A stretch of DNA of 63,609 nucleotides from a bacterium (GTDB lineage: Bacteria > Bdellovibrionota_C > UBA2361 > RFPC01), in NCBI GenBank assembly GCA_022763385.1, contig JALEGQ010000174.1, positions 1 through 63,609 on the forward strand, given 5' to 3'. Positions 37,058-44,891 of this stretch are shown one piece after another; the first letter of the stretch is position 1, and each line of letters opens with the position of its first letter. A model generated the notes under the pieces. The model had not been told where the DNA came from. It did not search any database and worked only from the letters and a program-made list of their open reading frames with translations. The position numbers and the translations under genes are program-made.

Positions 37058-37627
37058 TTAAAACCTCTCTCTTCCTGTCGGAGCTTCTCCCTCTCTTGCT
37101 TCTGATTCCTGTCCTGCAGGGGCAGAGTACTCTTCGATCTCACCGTTCTGAGCAGACGAGGCTGCGAGAGGTTCTGAGCTCTCCGTACGAGATTCTGCTT
37201 CGTCCTGATACCGTTCTGCTGGGGAGGCTGCTGGAGGCGCTGATGGAGGTACCGTGCCGCCCGTTTCTCCGAGGAGTTCGGGGGCTGCTCCGTAGCGGAC
37301 ACCTCCCTCGGTGGCCCTTGGCTGAGGATCAATCACCCGTCCGAGGACCTGAATGTGATCAAGAATTCGAGAGCGAAGCTCTCCGGCATCGATCAGCGCG
37401 TCTGGATCCACCACCTCTGTTCCTCGATCGAACTCGCGAAGGGCCTTCACCATATAGGTGCGGGCTCGTGCCCAATGACCGGTGGCTTTACTGAGCTCCC
37501 TCCCGTCTGCGCGCTCAATAAGAACCGGTCCCGCCTGAGCAGCGACGGTGGATGAGAAGAGGACTCCAAGGATGAGACTGGAGACGAGGAAAGGGAAAGA
37601 AAAGCAGCCTGGGCGACGAGTCACCAT
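37058..37627 (-). CDS. Secreted protein, first gene of the T4SS-like operon (possible distant RAQPRD-family relative)
   Basis: Start set at MVTRRPGCFSFPFLVSSLILGVLFSSTVAAQA (37627, AAGGA upstream). Contains LGRVIDPQPRATEGG and an acidic Ser/Glu/Ala-rich tail. Confidence 0.45.
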   Translation of the reverse strand: MVTRRPGCFSFPFLVSSLILGVLFSSTVAAQAGPVLIERADGRELSKATGHWARARTYMVKALREFDRGTEVVDPDALIDAGELRSRILDHIQVLGRVIDPQPRATEGGVRYGAAPELLGETGGTVPPSAPPAASPAERYQDEAESRTESSEPLAASSAQNGEIEEYSAPAGQESEAREGEAPTGRERF

Positions 37628-37794
37628 GAGAAAACATCCTTCAAAACACAAAAAAAACCGAAAACCACCACTCCCTCCCACCTCTACCACGTTTGAGAAA
37701 AGAGATCCCCTCATGGCACCCGAGACGGCGAAAGCTCTGGCTTCAGAGAAGTTATGGGAATTTTTCACGAAATTGTTCCTCCCGAGTCAAAATT

Positions 37795-37873
37795 TCTCGA
37801 GAAAATTCAAACCTCATGGGTGTCAGACACCCTTAAGGTTTTGAAGGTGACGGGTGTCAGACACCCATGAGGT
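37795..37873 (-). terminator. 22-nt inverted-repeat pair (each arm holds the palindrome GGGTGTC-N-GACACCC) + T-rich tail: terminator of the ASST operon and/or operator of the T4SS-like operon
   Basis: ACCTCATGGGTGTCAGACACCC (37811-37832) and GGGTGTCAGACACCCATGAGGT (37852-37873) are reverse complements at 21/22 positions. The minus strand continues TTGAATTTTCTCG. Confidence 0.55.
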
Positions 37874-37894
37874 TTTTTGAAAAAATGAGCAAAA

Positions 37895-39028
37895 TCAGTC
37901 TATTACGATTCTTGAGAGCGGCTCTGCGAAGGTGGGGGGATACTTCGATGCCCGTCGGAGCCCGGCAGGGCCCTTCATCTTCCAGACCACATCTCCCCCC
38001 GGAGTCACCTCAAGGATTCGGTTTCGGAAGTCTTCGGAGAGGAGGGTGTTGCCGTTCGGCAGCCGTTGGAGCGAGCCGTGACCGTTGCTAAAGAAACGGG
38101 TGCCGTTTTCGTACTTCCAGACGATTTCGCCGGTGGTCGGTTCAATCTCCAGGGCGATGGAGCCCCTTTCCCTCGTTCCATTATCGAAGATCAGGATATT
38201 TCCTGCCCCTGGGAGGCCTTTTCGGATCATGTGAGCCTCATGCGGAAATTGGAGCCCACCGAGCGGATTCTCGGAGTAGCTCCAGACGACCTGCTTTTTC
38301 TTGCGGTCTACGATGTAGCCTGACCAGAGGTTTCGAGCCATCGTGATCACGTTTCCCGGTGCAAAGCGGGGGTCTCCTTCATCGTGCCACCGGTTTGGAG
38401 GGAGGAATCGGACCGTGTTTGCGTGGCTCCAGTCCCGCACCCGTTTTCTCCAGATCGGTGCATCTGCTCCCTTGGCACACGGCCGTGTCCCACAGCTATG
38501 AATGTCGAGTGAGCGATCGAAGTGCCACTCCCACCGGGTCTTCCCGGCGCTATCGACCTCTCGGGCGATATCAGAGCGGACTCGCCGCTTGGCTTTTGAA
38601 TATTCCGCTTCTGGGGAGGGGAGGTGGCGAAATCTCTTTTCCACGAGAAAGAGTGTGCGGCCATCGGCGGTCCGCTCGAAGTCGTGGTGGATCTCTCCTT
38701 CTTCGGCCCGTACTTCCCACACCTGATTCCCCGACCAATCATACTCGTGCAACGCTTCGTCGACGATGGCGAGGAGGTTTCCGTTCGGGAGGAGTTTTGC
38801 TCGCACCGTTTTTATCGCCCACTGATGGTGGAGCCTCCCACGGTGATCAAAGAGGTACACCTGGTGGTCACCGAGCGAGGGGTAGAGGAGGAAGCCGGGC
38901 GCTGATGCCGGTGAATGGTCCCCCTGAGAGGGGAAGGTTTTTACCCGGGTTGTCGGGAGTGCCTCAGCACCTCGCTCGGTGATGCCGAATGAGATGAGGC
39001 AGAGGAGAGAGTAAAAAAGGATCTTCAT
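37895..39028 (-). CDS. Arylsulfotransferase (ASST)-family beta-propeller protein, paralog 1
   Basis: Start set at MKILFYSLLCLISFG (39028, ATGA overlap). LLPNGNLL, HHD, WSHANTV, PGAGNILIFDNG and RLPNGNTLLSED motifs are shared with the two paralogs. Confidence 0.65.
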   Translation of the reverse strand: MKILFYSLLCLISFGITERGAEALPTTRVKTFPSQGDHSPASAPGFLLYPSLGDHQVYLFDHRGRLHHQWAIKTVRAKLLPNGNLLAIVDEALHEYDWSGNQVWEVRAEEGEIHHDFERTADGRTLFLVEKRFRHLPSPEAEYSKAKRRVRSDIAREVDSAGKTRWEWHFDRSLDIHSCGTRPCAKGADAPIWRKRVRDWSHANTVRFLPPNRWHDEGDPRFAPGNVITMARNLWSGYIVDRKKKQVVWSYSENPLGGLQFPHEAHMIRKGLPGAGNILIFDNGTRERGSIALEIEPTTGEIVWKYENGTRFFSNGHGSLQRLPNGNTLLSEDFRNRILEVTPGGDVVWKMKGPAGLRRASKYPPTFAEPLSRIVID

Positions 39029-40251
39029 GATGAGGCTCCTGCCGCAGAATGTAAGGGGAGCTGAGAGAGTTCTCGGCAGTGATCGCTCGGATAGCGGTGC
39101 GCTCGCGCTGTTCGCATCTCTGCTTGATAGCTCCACACGACTTCTCCTTCCGGAGTAACTTCGAAGACCGTTCCTGGTACGTCCTCAGAGATCAGGGTGT
39201 TACCGTTCTTCAGTCGTTGGGCAACACCGGCAGCTCGGCTGAAGAAGTTTTCTCCGTCTTCATAGCTCCACACGATCTCTTTCGTTACGGGATGAATTTC
39301 TCGTACCTGAGAGCGTTTTTCGGCCCGACCATTATTAAAGAGTAAGATATGCCCCGCCCCTGGAAGGCCCGGTTCGATCATGATCCCTTCGTGCACCCCT
39401 GAGAGTCCGGTATCGTAGCTCCAGAGCACTGCCCCACTCTTTCGGGAGATGATCACGATAGTCGACCAGTTTCTGAGCGTTAAGAGGATATTTCCGGGAC
39501 GGAAGGGGTTTTCCCCTCCCTCCGCAGAAATTTGGTGTGCAAATTCGTTTTCCGGAAGAACAGAGATCCCATTCGCATGAGTCCAATCAAAAACTCGCGA
39601 GCCATCGGAGATGCTTTCGGGGAGCGGCGAGCACGGGTCAGCACCACACGAGTTGAGGTCGAGGTGATCGTGTGCGGCCCACTCCCAAACGACTTCTCCA
39701 CTGCGAGTAACTTCCTGGATGATATCAGTTCGAATCTTCGCGTTTCGCTTGGCGGGATCTTCGATTGATTGTTTCGCCCGCTTCGGAACGGTAGATCGAA
39801 AGAGGACGAGCGTGTTTCCGTTCGGAAGTCGTTGCACGTCGTGGTGGGCCGGGCCAGGAAGCTCATGTTCCCAGACGACCTCTCCATCCCAGCTATACTC
39901 GCGCACGAGGGGGCGAAGAGCATCCCACTCTTTCTGACTCCACCCCCACTTCGTCCCGTGGACGATGAGGAGGTTGCTGTTCGGTAAAAGTCGAACGCGG
40001 GCAGCATCAATATCCCACATTCGAACGGTTTCACCGGACATGTTTACCGCACGAATCTTGGCTGAACCCGATTCGCCAAAGATCGTAAATCCCTTCTCCG
40101 CGCGGGGATCGAGCGGTGCATTTTTCTGCAAGGGTGGCAAAGCACGTTCCCGAGGGAGATCTTTCTCTCGGGAGAAAGTCGAGAGGGCAACAGTGAGTCC
40201 GAAGGCCGCGAGGGCTCCGAGAAGAAGGAGCTGTGTCTGTTTTCTCGTCAT
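39025..40251 (-). CDS. Arylsulfotransferase (ASST)-family beta-propeller protein, paralog 2
   Basis: 408 aa. N-terminal anchor. LLPNSNLL, HHDVQRLPNGNTL, WTHANG, PGAGHILLFNNG and RLKNGNTLISED. ATGA overlap with the GT-C gene. Confidence 0.65.
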   Translation of the reverse strand: MTRKQTQLLLLGALAAFGLTVALSTFSREKDLPRERALPPLQKNAPLDPRAEKGFTIFGESGSAKIRAVNMSGETVRMWDIDAARVRLLPNSNLLIVHGTKWGWSQKEWDALRPLVREYSWDGEVVWEHELPGPAHHDVQRLPNGNTLVLFRSTVPKRAKQSIEDPAKRNAKIRTDIIQEVTRSGEVVWEWAAHDHLDLNSCGADPCSPLPESISDGSRVFDWTHANGISVLPENEFAHQISAEGGENPFRPGNILLTLRNWSTIVIISRKSGAVLWSYDTGLSGVHEGIMIEPGLPGAGHILLFNNGRAEKRSQVREIHPVTKEIVWSYEDGENFFSRAAGVAQRLKNGNTLISEDVPGTVFEVTPEGEVVWSYQAEMRTARAHRYPSDHCRELSQLPLHSAAGASS

Positions 40252-41798
40252 GGAATATTCGTTTCTCCTTCGTTTTGTCTTCTCGTCAACACCATCATCC
40301 CATCAGGAGCCGGCAGTGTCCTATACCCCGAAAGATTGTGAAAGAGGGAGGGAAAGTACCGTTTGAGCTTCTCTGTCTCAATGATCACCCCGTCAATGTC
40401 ACGGCGGTCAGGGAGTGCTCGCATCATTTCTCGGTTCATCAGGTGGTATCTGGAGATCTCTTGCTCCGAGACCTTTCCCTCCATCCGCACCCAAAACTGA
40501 TTCTCGAGTCCGAGCACCGGGGAGAGATGGGTGGCAAAGAGGAAGCCGGGCCACTGGCTCGCTACTGTTTGCCCCTCACGAAACTCGTGGTTGAGCAGAG
40601 CTGATATCTCTTCGAGAGTCTGGAGGGTGAAGATCTCCTTGCTCTCCTGAGTGAGCCCCTTCAGTCCACGTCCCGATTCGGTGATTCGCTTTACGGTTTC
40701 CGGCGTACTCCAGAGAGAGAGCATCGAGAGACCGACGAGGATGGTGATCGTCATTCGGCGAGCAGAAAATGAGGTGCTCCCAATGCCGAGAATAAAGAGC
40801 GGTATACAGGTGCTGAAGTACTGCACGTGAATTGGAGACGGTACGAAGTAGAGTCCGAAGAGCACAAGGCCCGCTGCGGTCGGAAAGGGGGGGAGCTGTT
40901 TTTTCCACAGTGCGACCCCAGCGATGACGAGATTTATCCAGAGGAGCGCTGCAGAGGCGAGTCCATCCACACGAAAGGAGGAGTGCATGCCGGTAACGAT
41001 CCGGAAAATCCTCCACTTTGAGGCCGCGTCGATACTCTCTGGTCGGTGGTTCCTCACGAGGTGATAGCCGAGATTGTTAAACCAGTACGCCGCCGGATCA
41101 CTGAGAAAAATGAGGTGGGGGAGGCCGCTCACCGCTCCGCCGATGAGAAAAGCGAAGACGAAACGAGGCTGAACATTGCGGCTCGTTCCGATGTACCAGA
41201 GAAAGATCGGGAGAAGCCCGGCGTAGAAGAGACGGATCCCGATCGCGATCCCGAGGAGCAGTCCCGCCCCAGCGAGAAGAGCCGTCTTTCCCGCGATGAA
41301 TTCGTCCTCCCGTTCTCTGAGCGCTAACAGGAGACATACGATACTCCCCATCAGTGGGAGGGAAGCGAAGGGATAGGTCTTGGCCACGGTAAACCAGGTG
41401 AGCACGAGGGAGTTCGTGAGAAAGAGCAAGAGAGCAAGGAGCCCACACACGAGTGATCGCTTTTGTGCGGCTACTGAGGTCACGCAGAGCGCGATCGTGC
41501 CGCATGCGAAGCACACGGTAATAAGGCGTGCCGTGAGCCAGTCAGCACCGAGCAGTGAAATCCACGCACCGTGAATCAGGGGGAGCAGCGGCATCTGTGG
41601 ATAAAAGAAGGAGAAGTAGGGGAGGCGTCCTTCCGATACGAGCCTCCCAGCGAGCAGATAAAACCCTTCATCCGCGGCAACAAAACGGGAGAGGCTCACC
41701 GGGATGAGCGCCGCGCATGAGAGGAGAAACGCTCCAGTAGCGATCAGGAGAAGAGACCTCGCCGAAAAGGTCTCGGTGTCAGATGACGGTAGCGACAT
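40248..41798 (-). CDS. GT-C fold glycosyltransferase (ArnT/PMT-like, GT39/GT83-type) with a C-terminal soluble domain
   Basis: Start set at MSLPSSD (41798). About 12 hydrophobic helices and a first-loop DEGFY motif (VAADEGFYLLAGRLVSEGRLPY). Confidence 0.6.
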   Translation of the reverse strand: MSLPSSDTETFSARSLLLIATGAFLLSCAALIPVSLSRFVAADEGFYLLAGRLVSEGRLPYFSFFYPQMPLLPLIHGAWISLLGADWLTARLITVCFACGTIALCVTSVAAQKRSLVCGLLALLLFLTNSLVLTWFTVAKTYPFASLPLMGSIVCLLLALREREDEFIAGKTALLAGAGLLLGIAIGIRLFYAGLLPIFLWYIGTSRNVQPRFVFAFLIGGAVSGLPHLIFLSDPAAYWFNNLGYHLVRNHRPESIDAASKWRIFRIVTGMHSSFRVDGLASAALLWINLVIAGVALWKKQLPPFPTAAGLVLFGLYFVPSPIHVQYFSTCIPLFILGIGSTSFSARRMTITILVGLSMLSLWSTPETVKRITESGRGLKGLTQESKEIFTLQTLEEISALLNHEFREGQTVASQWPGFLFATHLSPVLGLENQFWVRMEGKVSEQEISRYHLMNREMMRALPDRRDIDGVIIETEKLKRYFPSLFHNLSGYRTLPAPDGMMVLTRRQNEGETNIP

Positions 41799-41901
41799 AC
41801 GGCAGGAGAATAAGGGAAAGCAGCTCTCATGAACAGGGAGCCTCTTTCCTTCTCGGAAGAGACCAGTATCATGTTGGCTCACACGGTGTGTCGTAAGGCC
41901 T

Positions 41902-43200
41902 ATGAAGTCAGATAGAAAAAACTTTTTGGAGATCTTGCTCCTCCTCGGAGCAGTTGCCGTCCTCACCTTCCTCGTGCAGCAGCAAGAGGGGCGTTCTGTG
42001 GGGGAACGGGAGCCGTTGGCCTCTGTCTCCGAGAGCCGAGCAAAACAAGCCCCCCCAGCTTCCCCAGAAGGAGGGCTCGAGCAAGAAAAAAAGAAGACGA
42101 AAGGAGTGGCAGAACGGATTCCCGCCGATGCTCCCTTCGAGGGGTACACCCTCTATGCCACCAGCGGAACGGCAGAGGTGTTGTTGACGAATACGTCGGG
42201 AGATTTTGTGAAGCGGTGGGAGATCGATGCCGACCGGGCGCGCCTTCTCCCGAATGGAGATCTCCTCGTGGTACACGGTTCGAAGTGGGGACTTCAGCGA
42301 GAGCCGTGGGCCTCCCTCCGTTCGGTGATTCGGAAGTATCGGTGGGACGGCAGTATTGTTTGGGAGCATGAGCTCCCCGGCGAAGCGCACCACGATATCG
42401 TTCCGCTTGCGAATGGAAATATCCTTGCGGTGTACCTCACCCGGGTGCCGAAGGCCCTTATCCGGGAGAAGCTCGGGAAACAGTTCGAGCGGGTGCATAT
42501 CCGTTCTGATGTGCTCGTCGAGATCTCTCCTGCCGGAGAAGAGGTGTGGCGGTGGGCCTCTCATGAACATCTCTCGCTGCGCGATTGTGGAGCGAGGTCG
42601 TGTCCGGATCTCTCGAAAGAGGAGTTTCTGAGTGGGAAGCGGCGGTTCGACTGGACCCACATCAATACGGTGCGAGAGCTGCCGCAGAATCAGTGGGTAG
42701 AGAGCGGAGATGCCCGCTTTGCGCCGGGCAATATCTTAATCTTCCCGAGGAACTTTTGGAGCGCTCTCCTGATCGATAAGCCTACTGGTGAGGTCGTATG
42801 GCGTTACCATGGGGAGGGAGAGCGAGGAATCTCTGGGGGGCACGAATCTTACATGATTCCGCCCGGCTATCCTGGGGCGGGCAATATCCTGATCTTTGAT
42901 AACGGTCGCATCCACGAACAATCCCGAGTACTCGAGGTGCATCCCCTCACGAAGCAGGTGGTGTGGAGTTATGCAGACGGCCCCCGATTCTTCTCTCGTG
43001 TCGCTGGAGCCGCCCAACGCCTCCCGAACGGCAACACCTTGATTTCGGAGGATACGAGCGGGCGGATCTTCGAAGTCAACAGCGCCGGAAAAGAGGTGTG
43101 GAGTCACCACGCCTACAAGATTCGCATCAATCGTGCCCACCGCTACCCGCCTGATTATGCGCCGCAGTTTGCGGCTCTATCAGCTAACGAAGACGGGTAA
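41902..43200 (+). CDS. Arylsulfotransferase (ASST)-family beta-propeller protein, paralog 3 (divergently transcribed)
   Basis: 432 aa. N-terminal anchor. LLPNGDLL, HHDIVPLANGNIL, WTHINT, PGAGNILIFDNG and RLPNGNTLISED. Confidence 0.65.
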   Translation: MKSDRKNFLEILLLLGAVAVLTFLVQQQEGRSVGEREPLASVSESRAKQAPPASPEGGLEQEKKKTKGVAERIPADAPFEGYTLYATSGTAEVLLTNTSGDFVKRWEIDADRARLLPNGDLLVVHGSKWGLQREPWASLRSVIRKYRWDGSIVWEHELPGEAHHDIVPLANGNILAVYLTRVPKALIREKLGKQFERVHIRSDVLVEISPAGEEVWRWASHEHLSLRDCGARSCPDLSKEEFLSGKRRFDWTHINTVRELPQNQWVESGDARFAPGNILIFPRNFWSALLIDKPTGEVVWRYHGEGERGISGGHESYMIPPGYPGAGNILIFDNGRIHEQSRVLEVHPLTKQVVWSYADGPRFFSRVAGAAQRLPNGNTLISEDTSGRIFEVNSAGKEVWSHHAYKIRINRAHRYPPDYAPQFAALSANEDG

Positions 43201-43212
43201 CCATATAAAATT

Positions 43213-43233
43213 CCTGACTATTTCAGGTTTTTT
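43213..43233 (+). terminator. Weak Rho-independent terminator after ASST paralog 3
   Basis: CCTGA-CTATT-TCAGG followed by TTTTTT, 13 nt after the stop. Confidence 0.4.
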
Positions 43234-43416
43234 GGACGGTTCGTTTCGATTGATAGGTGAAAAAACCGCCGTGCCCCCGAACTTTTGAAAATTTCGGAGA
43301 TTCCTGATCATCTATTGATCAGTGGGAGCAGTCCAGTATGGTGGAAGGGCGCTTGGGAATGAAGAGCGTGCGAAGAGGTTTTTTTGGGGCGCTGTTTTGC
43401 CCCCGTGAGGAAGGTT

Positions 43417-43902
43417 ATGTACGTAGGTGGAATGACGTTTTTTGTGTCGAAGTCTTTTGGGCGCCTCCAACTCATTCCTCACGCCGAAGGGCTGCGGCTC
43501 GTCTATACTCCACTTGATCAGGGAACACCGGATACGAGCTCAGCGGGAAATCTGGACCTGGTACTTCCCCTTGATGCCGTTGGTGGTTTGTGGGCTACCA
43601 CTCGTGCTTTTCTCTACGGAGTCGAATCACTCGACGAGAATATCATTCTCCAACACGAAGAAGAGAAGGCGAGCGATAACGATATCCTCATTAAGCTCTA
43701 CCGAGATAAGCCTCGTGGCGCTCAGGGAAAGCTCAACGGTGAAGAGACCTGCTGGCTCCGCCTTGTCACCGGAAGAAGCGAAGAAGAGCGGCGGCGGATT
43801 AAACTCGGACCAAGGGATCTCCTCTGCCTCGAACTCGCCTGCGGCGCTGTGCTGCAGTTAGCAACTCAGCAGGGTACACACCAGCCGAAGCTGCTTGGGT
43901 AA
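43417..43902 (+). CDS. Hypothetical protein
   Basis: ORF 43384..43902. The ATG at 43417 is preceded by GAGGAAGG. No recognised motif. Confidence 0.45.
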   Translation: MYVGGMTFFVSKSFGRLQLIPHAEGLRLVYTPLDQGTPDTSSAGNLDLVLPLDAVGGLWATTRAFLYGVESLDENIILQHEEEKASDNDILIKLYRDKPRGAQGKLNGEETCWLRLVTGRSEEERRRIKLGPRDLLCLELACGAVLQLATQQGTHQPKLLG

Positions 43903-43966
43903 TCTCCTTTGCTCGCAATATTTGGAATTTAGATTGAAGGCAACTTGAGTCTCCTTCAGCGTTACC

Positions 43967-44872
43967 TTATCGCCTCGCAAAGGAGATATACTTTCGGAAA
44001 TCCTCCTTCTTGCCCCGAACAGTATCGAAGTAGAGTTGCTTGGTCATCTGTGAAACGGGGCCGATGGATCCGCTTCCGAGGATTTTGCCGTCGATAGATC
44101 TGATCGGAGTCACCTCTGCTGCGGTTCCGGTAAAAAAGGCTTCGTCGGCTTCCAGGGCTTCCTCAAGAGAGATCTGCGCCTCTACCGTGGTATAGCCTTC
44201 TCCCTTGAGGAGCTCCATGACCGTCTCGCGGGTGATTCCTGCCAAAACATTCCCGAGGGGGGGCGTTTTTACGGTCCCACCCTTTACGAGAAAGAAGTTC
44301 TCCCCAGGTCCCTCGGCGATGTTGCCTTCGTAGTCGAGAAAAAGCGCCTCATGAAAGTCGGTACCGATGAGCTCTCGAACGGCGAGAATGCTATTGACAT
44401 AGTGCCCGCAGATCTTCGCATCAGCGACCGTTGATTTCGGATGGATTCGAATATAGGAGCTCACCTTCAGGTCTACCATCTCGTGCGGAAGATACGCTCC
44501 CCACGGCCAGCAGGCGATCATGACCTGGACCGGCGCATCGGTCGGATTGAGACCCATCTTGCCGTATCCATAAAAGGCGAGGGGGCGGATATAGCAGTGT
44601 TCGAGCTCGTTGCGGCGTACGAGCTCAAGCGTCGCCTCTTCTAGCTCTTCAACGGAAAATGGGATCTCCATCCCAATCGCCTTGGTAGAGTAAAAGAGCC
44701 GCTCAAAGTGTTCTTGTACCCGGAAAAGAGCGGGCCCCTCCGGAGTTTCATAGGCCCGTAACCCCTCAAAGGCCCCTGAACCGTAGTGAAGAGCGTGGGT
44801 AAGCGCGTGCACCTTTGCCTCTTCCCACAGAACAAACTCGCCATCCATCCAGATATACTTTGTCGGTTCCAT
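43967..44872 (-). CDS. ilvE: Branched-chain amino acid aminotransferase (class IV)
   Basis: Start set at MEPTKYIWMDGEFV (44872). HYGSGAFEGLRAY, GENFFLVKGG and GITR motifs. Last gene of the leu operon. Confidence 0.85.
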   Translation of the reverse strand: MEPTKYIWMDGEFVLWEEAKVHALTHALHYGSGAFEGLRAYETPEGPALFRVQEHFERLFYSTKAIGMEIPFSVEELEEATLELVRRNELEHCYIRPLAFYGYGKMGLNPTDAPVQVMIACWPWGAYLPHEMVDLKVSSYIRIHPKSTVADAKICGHYVNSILAVRELIGTDFHEALFLDYEGNIAEGPGENFFLVKGGTVKTPPLGNVLAGITRETVMELLKGEGYTTVEAQISLEEALEADEAFFTGTAAEVTPIRSIDGKILGSGSIGPVSQMTKQLYFDTVRGKKEDFRKYISFARR

Positions 44873-44891
44873 CTCGCTCCTCTCTTGCTTG

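Noticed and set aside
37627-37895. GT-C/ASST genes and the T4SS-like genes as one continuous super-operon
   Set aside because: They share a strand, but the 22-bp-stem hairpin plus T-rich tail at 37795-37873 and a 267-nt gap argue for separate transcription units. The association is kept only as a neighbourhood observation.
40248-42149. Listed long N-terminal extensions (GT-C gene to 42149, TraL-like to 37332, first operon gene to 37768, ilvC from 49434, leuB to 46178, RidA to 10541, glycosidase to 22126)
   Set aside because: The extensions overlap neighbouring genes or have non-protein-like composition. Internal starts give signal peptides, SD sites, ATGA coupling and family-typical lengths.
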